In this document: piece by piece, positions 57,609 through 64,000 of the stretch
How positions within the stretch are numbered: position 1 is the stretch's first letter
Layout of the letters: each line of letters opens with the position of its first letter
Source: Candidatus Udaeobacter sp.
Lineage (GTDB): Bacteria > Verrucomicrobiota > Verrucomicrobiia > Chthoniobacterales > UBA10450
DNA: 64,000 bases
Direction of reading: 5' to 3'
Assembly: GCA_036269995.1 (NCBI GenBank)
Contig: DATBDJ010000014.1
Coordinates: 36,785 to 100,784, forward strand
Notes under the pieces: model-generated
The model's input: only the letters and a program-made list of their open reading frames with translations
The model's database searches: none
Told to the model about the DNA's origin: nothing
Program-made: the position numbers and the translations under genes

Positions 57609-58595
57609 ATGAAAACTCCGATTAAAGTCGCAGTGACTGGCGCCGCCGGGCAGATCGGTTACGCACTTCTCTTTCGAATAGCCTCGGGACAGATGTTTGG
57701 GACCGATCAGCCGCTCCGCCTGCATCTGATCGAGATTCCTAATGTGCTCAATGCCCTCGAAGGCGTGGTGATGGAACTGAACGATTGCGCATTCCCGCTG
57801 GTCGAGGCGGTGATACCGACCGCCGATCTCAATCAAGGTTTTCGCGATGTTAATTGGGCGTTGCTCGTCGGAAGTGTGCCGCGCAAAGCCGGCATGGAAC
57901 GGAAGGATTTGCTCGGGATCAACGGCAAAATTTTTATCGGCCAGGGACAGGCGATCCAGGGGAACGCAGCGGCCGATGTGCGCATCCTCGTCGTCGGCAA
58001 TCCATGCAACACGAATTGTTTGATCGCGATGAACAACGCCAAGGAAATTCCGCCCGACCGCTGGTTTGCAATGACGCGACTAGACGAAAACCGCGCCCGC
58101 GCCCAACTCGCGCATAAGGCGGGTGTAAGAATCACCTCCGTAACAAACATGACGATCTGGGGCAATCACTCCTCGACTCAATATCCAGATTTCTACAATG
58201 CCAGGATCGACGGCCGTCCTGCGAACGAAGTGATCGGTGACGAAAAATGGCTGAAGGAAGATTTCATTGCCACTGTTCAGCAGCGCGGTGCCGCAGTGAT
58301 CAAGGCTCGCGGCCTTTCCTCCGCGGGCTCAGCCGCGAACGCCGTTATCGACACCGTCGTTTCGCTAACACACGACACGCCGGCCAACGATTGGCACAGC
58401 GTCGCCGTTTGTTCAGAGGGAAGCTACGACGTGGAGAAGGAATTGATCGCTTCCTTCCCGGTCCGGGTGCGCGCCGGAAAATGGGAAATTGTGCAGGGAG
58501 TGCCGATCAATGATTTCAGTCGCGCGAAAATCGATGCGTCTGTTGCGGAGTTAAAAGAGGAGAAGTCGCTCGTGGCAGAGTTGCTCGGCAATTAA
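57609..58595 (+). CDS. mdh: malate dehydrogenase
   Basis: From the ATG at 57609 the protein starts [31 protein letters not shown], followed by VGNPCNTN and [11 protein letters not shown] (LDH/MDH family, cytosolic-type MDH). Confidence 0.95.
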   Translation: MKTPIKVAVTGAAGQIGYALLFRIASGQMFGTDQPLRLHLIEIPNVLNALEGVVMELNDCAFPLVEAVIPTADLNQGFRDVNWALLVGSVPRKAGMERKDLLGINGKIFIGQGQAIQGNAAADVRILVVGNPCNTNCLIAMNNAKEIPPDRWFAMTRLDENRARAQLAHKAGVRITSVTNMTIWGNHSSTQYPDFYNARIDGRPANEVIGDEKWLKEDFIATVQQRGAAVIKARGLSSAGSAANAVIDTVVSLTHDTPANDWHSVAVCSEGSYDVEKELIASFPVRVRAGKWEIVQGVPINDFSRAKIDASVAELKEEKSLVAELLGN

Positions 58596-58668
58596 TCATA
58601 CCGGCTGTCATCCCGAATGAAGTGAGGGACCGCACCTACGAAGGCTGTGGCACACGACGCCTTCGTCA

Positions 58669-59415
58669 TTACCGGTGACCAACCACAGTAAACAGCGTGT
58701 ACGGCTTCCCGCGGTGAGGCTGTTGGTGCTGCGATACATCACAGGAGTTGAATCCCATTACAGCTAAAAATTGCGTGAAGTATCGCGTGCTGAAATGCCA
58801 CCACGTGTCCCAGAGAAAATTCTGCGGGCTCGGAGCCAGACGGCAGACCGGAGCTCCTTCCAATTCCGGATAGAACATGTCGGTGATAACGAGCAGCTTC
58901 GCCATCCTTGCGCATTGCTGAACGATTCGGAGCGGGTCGCGGCAGTGCAGCAGCACTGCACCCATGAGTGCAACGTCGAACTGTCCGAGCGCATCAGGCA
59001 AATTGTAAACGTCGCCGTAATACACCTTCGCCTTGGAACCATGAGCGGCGTGACTGAACCAGTACGAGTTCTTCAATTGTTCTATCACGGTTCGACGCGG
59101 CGCGAATACTTCCTGTAATTTTTTAGCAGGGTAAGGCACAAAATCCCAGCCGTGTTCCGCTGTGACTTCAACCGAAACAACGTTTGCGCCGCGCTTCTCC
59201 ATCTCAAACGTGAGAAACCCACTCGCGGGACCAATTTCCAAAACGCGTTGGCCGGTGAAATCGACTTGGCCCAGGTATTCATCCACTCCGGCACGCAAAT
59301 CCCAGTCGCACCCCTCAATGATTCCGTGGCCGGGGACCTCCATTGTGTGATAGAAGTAACAATCGGCCACATCTTTCACTTTCTGTGGCGCTGCAAAGAT
59401 CTGCTTCTCGGTCAC
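58669..59415 (-). CDS. class I SAM-dependent methyltransferase (CmoB C-terminal-like)
   Basis: 248 aa with a GTG start. FYHTMEVPGHGIIEG is followed by motif I VLEIGPASGFLTFEMEKRGA.VVSVE. GTGA overlap with the upstream gene. Confidence 0.75.
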   Translation of the reverse strand: MTEKQIFAAPQKVKDVADCYFYHTMEVPGHGIIEGCDWDLRAGVDEYLGQVDFTGQRVLEIGPASGFLTFEMEKRGANVVSVEVTAEHGWDFVPYPAKKLQEVFAPRRTVIEQLKNSYWFSHAAHGSKAKVYYGDVYNLPDALGQFDVALMGAVLLHCRDPLRIVQQCARMAKLLVITDMFYPELEGAPVCRLAPSPQNFLWDTWWHFSTRYFTQFLAVMGFNSCDVSQHQQPHRGKPYTLFTVVGHR

Positions 59416-60152
59416 GGATGTTGTATCGGCCGACGTTTTTGCGTTAGCGCCCTCTCGAGTGCTGTGTTCCAGGTAAGCGGCTGAGTCTTAAGCCAACTCG
59501 AATCGAAGTTTGGCGCAGCGAAGAGAGCCCATGTCTGCCGCGGATGTTTCCAATCGAGAATTTCGAAGCGCAAATTCACATCTGCGGCCGCGCGCTCGAG
59601 CGTTGACGGCCGGTAATTGACACATTGGGGATATGCCCAGCCGGTCCCGTTGTAGTCTTTGTCGGCAGGCAAAAAAGTTGCAACCAACGCTCCGTCTTGC
59701 GCCAGCGAACGCGAAATCGCCGACAACCATCCTTTGATCAAATCGAGTCCGCAATGGCTGAAGATCGATTGAGCTACGGCGAAATCGAACGATCTGTTCG
59801 CCTCAACAATAGCGGTAGGCGAATCGGTAAAGAAAAACGTTGGCCGCTTCGTTTGAACCACCGCTTTGCCGAGTTCGTGCTCGATTCCCTCCGCAACGAG
59901 CCAGTCGGCAGGCTCGATGCCGAAGTATTTTCCGCGGTTCAAGTACGGAATTAAAAGCCGTCCAATCCGGAGCGAACCGCAACCGATGTCAATCAGCGTG
60001 TGATGCTGCCGCAGACCGAGAGTCGTCAGAAGATTGAAAGTCATTGCCGCGATCAAATCGTAATCCTCAGGCGGCCCGACATACGCGCGATAATGCGGAT
60101 CGCCCGGCTTTAAGCCGAGACCTAGATCTGGCCCTTCAGAACTGTTCTCCAT
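59412..60152 (-). CDS. class I SAM-dependent methyltransferase
   Basis: 246 aa. Motif I is LIDIGCGSLRIG. The start codon directly abuts the sulfatase stop (TAAATG). Confidence 0.7.
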   Translation of the reverse strand: MENSSEGPDLGLGLKPGDPHYRAYVGPPEDYDLIAAMTFNLLTTLGLRQHHTLIDIGCGSLRIGRLLIPYLNRGKYFGIEPADWLVAEGIEHELGKAVVQTKRPTFFFTDSPTAIVEANRSFDFAVAQSIFSHCGLDLIKGWLSAISRSLAQDGALVATFLPADKDYNGTGWAYPQCVNYRPSTLERAAADVNLRFEILDWKHPRQTWALFAAPNFDSSWLKTQPLTWNTALERALTQKRRPIQHP

Positions 60153-61694
60153 TTACTTCACTCGTTTCAAAGTGGTGGGATCAAAATCTTTCAACGCGTC
60201 ATTCGGCTTGTCGGGAAATCCGGTGACGCCGCGGGATCGATCGAATTGGTAGATGCGAGTTCGTGGACGTTGGCGGAAAGGAAATACGCGAAGTTTATCA
60301 CCGTCGAGCGCCTCCATCGCACCCGGAACGCGGCATACTTTTACAGCCAAAGCGTAAAGCTCGTCTTTGGTTGCCGAAGACGAACTGACGCAGTTCGACA
60401 GCTCATTGGGATCGTGCTTGAGATTGAACAGCTGTTCGCGACCGCCGTTGGCCATAAAAATATATTTCCACTCGTTGGTTACGACCATCACCTTGAAGTC
60501 GTGCGAGCCGGGAACTTCTACCATGCCGACGAGGTATTGGCGTGGCGCGGATTCATCTCGCAGCATCTTTAGAACATCGATTCCTTCTCGCAATTCGCAT
60601 GCGCCCGCAGCTCCAGTCGCGATGCCGAAAAGGTCTGCCAGGCTGATCAATTCATTTCGCACACTGTTGGCCGGCAGCATTGCAGGCCAGCTCAGCAGCA
60701 GGGGAAAGCGGCACGCCGCCTCGAAAAAGTTTTGTTTTTGCCACCCATGATGATCGCCCAGTAGATCGCCGTGGTCGGAAAAAAAACAGATTAGAACATT
60801 CTCGGAATTCGACCGTGCTTCGACTGCGTCCAGGATTCTGCCGAGGCAATGATCGAGGTAGGTAATCTCGCCGTAATAACGGGCCTTCACGATTTTCGTC
60901 AGCGCCGGGTTAATGGCATCGGCCCAGATCGCATAACGCATGAAAGGGATTTCTTCGTCGAGGTGATCTTGCTCGACGTCGCCGAAGACCGGCTCTGCCA
61001 TCCGGTCCGGATCATACATTCGGTTGAACGGAATCGGAGGAGCCAGTGGCGGATGCGGCCCGACAAACGAGACGAACCCGAAAAACGGTCGCGAGTCATC
61101 TGTTTTGCCAATCTCCTCAATCGCACGAGCGGCTGCCCAGCACTCGGCGCCTAATTCTGCGGGCAACGGACTGCGTTGAGGCAAATAATACATCTCGGTC
61201 CGTTCACCGAGCGGTTGCTCTAAAAAATTGAATTCCGGGTGCTTGCGCGCCAGCCACGCGGCATAATCATCGCCTTCGCGTGTGAGCGGCCGATAATTTT
61301 CTTCATTCCGCCATACCGTTTCGTAGCCGACGTCTTCGTTCCAAGGCTGCGTGTGGAATTTTCCAATCGCGAAGGTGCGGTAGCCAAGGGCCGCCATGGT
61401 TCGCCCCAGATACGGGCCGCAACGTGTTTCCATTTCCTTCTCTTGCGCGGCGACCGGTGCCGCTTTGGCGTTGCTGAACACGCGCGTCGTTATCGGTTCG
61501 CAGCCTGTCCGAATTGTGTATCGCGCAGCCACGCACACCGGGCATGTGGCGTAAGCGTTTGAAAAACTGATTCCCCGTCGCACCAGCCGATCCATGTTCG
61601 GCGTGTAAATATGCGAATTGCCGAGGCCAGCAATGGTGTCGAACCGCTGCTGGTCGGTCATGATAAACAAAATGTCAGGCCGGTTCAGAGGCAT
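60153..61694 (-). CDS. sulfatase family protein (formylglycine-type)
   Basis: 513 aa. N-terminus PDILFIMTDQQRFD, and CVAAR within ATCPVCVAARYTIRTG fits [CS]-x-[PA]-x-R. Later metal-site blocks include FFSDHGD. Confidence 0.85.
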   Translation of the reverse strand: MPLNRPDILFIMTDQQRFDTIAGLGNSHIYTPNMDRLVRRGISFSNAYATCPVCVAARYTIRTGCEPITTRVFSNAKAAPVAAQEKEMETRCGPYLGRTMAALGYRTFAIGKFHTQPWNEDVGYETVWRNEENYRPLTREGDDYAAWLARKHPEFNFLEQPLGERTEMYYLPQRSPLPAELGAECWAAARAIEEIGKTDDSRPFFGFVSFVGPHPPLAPPIPFNRMYDPDRMAEPVFGDVEQDHLDEEIPFMRYAIWADAINPALTKIVKARYYGEITYLDHCLGRILDAVEARSNSENVLICFFSDHGDLLGDHHGWQKQNFFEAACRFPLLLSWPAMLPANSVRNELISLADLFGIATGAAGACELREGIDVLKMLRDESAPRQYLVGMVEVPGSHDFKVMVVTNEWKYIFMANGGREQLFNLKHDPNELSNCVSSSSATKDELYALAVKVCRVPGAMEALDGDKLRVFPFRQRPRTRIYQFDRSRGVTGFPDKPNDALKDFDPTTLKRVK

Positions 61695-61752
61695 TTCTTG
61701 TATGCCTGCACACGACTGGAAGGCCGGTGAATCAGTCTAAGGCATTTCATAA

Positions 61753-61847
61753 CTGTCATTCTGAGCGAAGCGAAGAATCTCTGATATTCATAGAGCGGTC
61801 ATCACCGCATAAAACAGAGATGTTTCGCTCCGCTCAACATGACACAG
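61753..61847. repeat. inverted-repeat element of the GTCATTCTGAGCGAAGCGAAGAATCTC family
   Basis: Left arm CTGTCATTCTGAGCGAAGCGAAGAATCTCTG and right arm CAGAGATGTTTCGCTCCGCTCAACATGACACAG, separated by a 31-nt spacer. It lies between the purC stop and the sulfatase start. Confidence 0.75.
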
Positions 61848-61864
61848 TTATGTACGCGATTGGC

Positions 61865-62761
61865 TCAGGCGCTCGCGAGCTCGCTCCCTGTTAGCCGGCG
61901 AAATGCTTCGAGGTACTTCGCGGAGCTTTTTCCAATCACATCCTTCGGCAGCCGCGGCGCGGGTGGCGTCTTGTCCCAGTCGAGTGTCTCGAGGTAATCG
62001 CGCACAAATTGCTTATCAAAACTCGGCGGGCTTTGTCCAATGGCGTACTCGTCCTCCGGCCAGAAACGTGAGGAGTCCGGCGTGAGACATTCGTCAATCA
62101 AGAGCAGGTCTCCGTCGACCGTGCCGAATTCAAATTTCGTATCGGCGACGATGATTCCGCGATCAGCAGCGTAATCGCGGCCGCGCGAATAAATATCCAG
62201 GCTCAGGGCTTTAACACGCTCGGCGAGTTCTTCACCGAGAATTTGAAGGCAACGGTGCATGTCAATGTTTTCGTCATGGCCTGTCTCGGCTTTCGTTGCC
62301 GGCGTGAAGATTGGCTCCGGCAATTGCGACGCCTGCTTCAGATTTGGCGGAAGATTAATCCCGCACACGCTCTGCGATTGTTGATACTCTTTCCAACCAG
62401 AACCCGCGAGATAACCGCGCACGACGCACTCCACCGGCAGCGGCTTGGTCTTCTTCACGATCATAGAGCGACCTGCTACCTGCTCACGGAACTTCCGCAG
62501 CTCTTTCGGGAATTCGTCGAAATTAGCTGTGACGAGATGGTTTGCAATGTCGTGGAAACGCTTGAACCAGAATGCGGAAATTTGGTTCAGGACAGCACCC
62601 TTGTACGGAATGGGGTCGGGCAGGATGACGTCAAACGCCGACATGCGATCCGTCACCACGAACAGCAGGGTATCGCCAAGGTCGAAGACTTCGCGCACTT
62701 TGCCGCTGCGCAGTTTTTTTATTCCGGGAAGCTCGATTGCGGATTGAACGTCAGTTTGCAT
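61865..62761 (-). CDS. purC: phosphoribosylaminoimidazole-succinocarboxamide synthase
   Basis: 298 aa (long-form SAICAR synthetase) with SGKVREVFD, TDRMSAFD, IVADTKFEFG and LIDECLTPDSSRFW. Confidence 0.95.
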   Translation of the reverse strand: MQTDVQSAIELPGIKKLRSGKVREVFDLGDTLLFVVTDRMSAFDVILPDPIPYKGAVLNQISAFWFKRFHDIANHLVTANFDEFPKELRKFREQVAGRSMIVKKTKPLPVECVVRGYLAGSGWKEYQQSQSVCGINLPPNLKQASQLPEPIFTPATKAETGHDENIDMHRCLQILGEELAERVKALSLDIYSRGRDYAADRGIIVADTKFEFGTVDGDLLLIDECLTPDSSRFWPEDEYAIGQSPPSFDKQFVRDYLETLDWDKTPPAPRLPKDVIGKSSAKYLEAFRRLTGSELASA

Positions 62762-62774
62762 AACAGCTGTGATT

Positions 62775-62837
62775 AGTGAGAAGTGAGACCTGAAAGATAA
62801 ATTTACTTCTCACTATTCACTTCTCACCTCTCACTTC
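62775..62837. repeat. AGTGAGAAGT / ACTTCTCACT word inverted repeat in the purC-rlmI divergent region
   Basis: AGTGAGAAGT (62775-62784) pairs perfectly with ACTTCTCACT (62805-62814). The overlapping GTGAGAAGTG (62776-62785) pairs alternatively with CACTTCTCAC (62818-62827). A further TCTCACTTC word follows. Confidence 0.65.
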
Positions 62838-62842
62838 AACTC

Positions 62843-64000
62843 ATGGCTGGAATCGTTGTCAAACCGCGCGCACGAATTTTGCACGGACACGACTGGGTGT
62901 TTTCAAGTGAAGTGCTTAAGACTTTTGGGAACCCGGCCGACGGCGACATTATTTCACTCAAGGACGGCAAAGACCGCTTGATTGGCAGTGCGATCTACAA
63001 CTCGAAATCGCAAATCGTTGCGCGCCGTTTCTCACGGCGCAGGCAGGACCTCGATATTGACTTGTTTGAGCGCCGCCTTGCGCAAGCGTCCGAATATCGC
63101 GACCGGCGAGCTATCGATGCAAAATTGCGCCGCGTTGCCTGGAGCGAGAGCGATGGCCTTCCGGGGGTAATCGTCGATCGTTATGGAGATCATTTCGTTT
63201 TGCAGACGCTGACGAAGGCGATGGACATGCGAAAAGACTTGATCACCTCCGCGATCGTTGACCTGTTTGGCGAAGTTACAATCATCGAACGAAATGATGC
63301 GCCGGTCCGCACAGCGGAAGGCTTGGAATTGCGCAAAGGGATTCTACGCGGAACTTCTTCGCAATTTGCAATCGAAATCGAGGGCGTGAAGCACGACGCC
63401 GATCTTTTGCATGGGCAGAAGACCGGCTTCTATCTCGACCAAAGACACAACTATGCGATCGTCGCGGCGTACGCCCGCGACCGGCGTGTGCTGGATTGCT
63501 TCACTAACCAGGGAGCATTCGCGCTGGCATGCGCGCGAGTCGGCGCTGCGGAGGTGACTGCCGTTGAAGAGAATTGCAAGAACATTGCCGCCGCGAAACG
63601 AAATGCGGCGCGCAACAATTTAAACGTGACATGGATCGAGCAGGATGTATTTCAATTCCTGCGTTCCAGTGAAAAGGCACGCGCACAGTACGATCTAATT
63701 ATCCTCGATCCACCTTCATTCACGAAAGCGAGGAGCCGACTCGGCGATGCCTTGCGCGGTTATCGCGAACTGCACACGCGCGCGTTCAAGCTGTTGGCGA
63801 AAGACGGTTTGCTGGCGACGTTTTCCTGCTCACATCACGTGAACGATGACGCATTCTTGCAAACAGTCACCGATGCACTTGTCGATGCGCGACGTTCAGC
63901 GCGGCGCATCGGCCGTTTCGAGCAGGCGCCTGACCATCCCGTTCTGCCTACGATCCCTGAAACGGAATATTTCCGGGGCTTTTTGTTGGAGATGATGCCG
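62843..64000 (+). CDS. PUA-domain class I SAM-dependent rRNA (cytosine-C5) methyltransferase, RlmI-like (3' end outside the window)
   Basis: Absent from the ORF track because no stop codon lies within the window. My hand translation from the ATG at 62843 is open to 64000 (386 codons): MAGIVVKPRARILHGHDWVF...VIVDRYGDHFVLQT...QKTGFYLDQR...VLDCFTNQGAFAL...IILDPPSF...FSCSHH. Confidence 0.8.
   Translation, partial: MAGIVVKPRARILHGHDWVFSSEVLKTFGNPADGDIISLKDGKDRLIGSAIYNSKSQIVARRFSRRRQDLDIDLFERRLAQASEYRDRRAIDAKLRRVAWSESDGLPGVIVDRYGDHFVLQTLTKAMDMRKDLITSAIVDLFGEVTIIERNDAPVRTAEGLELRKGILRGTSSQFAIEIEGVKHDADLLHGQKTGFYLDQRHNYAIVAAYARDRRVLDCFTNQGAFALACARVGAAEVTAVEENCKNIAAAKRNAARNNLNVTWIEQDVFQFLRSSEKARAQYDLIILDPPSFTKARSRLGDALRGYRELHTRAFKLLAKDGLLATFSCSHHVNDDAFLQTVTDALVDARRSARRIGRFEQAPDHPVLPTIPETEYFRGFLLEMMP

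Noticed and set aside
58634-58668. A second arm that would complete the half repeat at 58605..58633
   Set aside because: No complementary arm is present. Only a local 8-bp hairpin (ACGAAGGC/GCCTTCGT) is seen, most simply a bidirectional terminator between the convergent mdh and methyltransferase genes.

Overview
This 64-kb chromosomal window is mostly densely packed housekeeping genes on both strands, from a moderately GC-rich bacterium. I place it tentatively in a PVC-type (Verrucomicrobia-like) soil organism, by inference only. The grounds are gene content (hpnH-shc hopanoid pair, LL-diaminopimelate aminotransferase, class II B12 ribonucleotide reductase, tricorn-like protease, three large TPR proteins, a bS22-like micro-ORF), the lack of Shine-Dalgarno motifs in the ~10 confident ATG starts I inspected, and several families of short intergenic hairpin or word repeats. 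I can support 47 protein-coding genes and 2 tRNAs (CAT and Ser-CGA). I see no rRNA, no CRISPR, and no transposase, integrase or phage genes. The stand-out region is 36.6-50.3 kb, a convergent two-arm locus. The plus-strand arm is translationally coupled and cytoplasmic: a DPM1/ArnC-like GT2, a methyltransferase-GT2 fusion, two class I methyltransferases and an FkbM methyltransferase. It faces a minus-strand operon of DoxX, a GSCFA-family protein and four consecutive, highly diverged GT-C-like polytopic membrane glycosyltransferases. The minus arm is visibly more A/T-rich than the flanks. No Wzx/Wzy/ABC exporter, initiating phosphoglycosyltransferase or nucleotide-sugar genes are present. I read this as a candidate undescribed system for periplasmic assembly of a methylated glycan from polyprenyl-phosphate-sugar donors. 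Secondary observations: a 34-codon bS22/AURKAIP1-like gene missed by the ORF track; a ~148-bp MITE-like element in two diverged copies with compensatory hairpin changes; other intergenic inverted-repeat families that create false N-terminal ORF extensions; a sulfatase-methyltransferase-methyltransferase operon; an hpnH with an apparent insertion; and uvrA translationally coupled to a TPR gene. All functional calls rest on motif recognition by eye and on memory of protein families. No database search was run.
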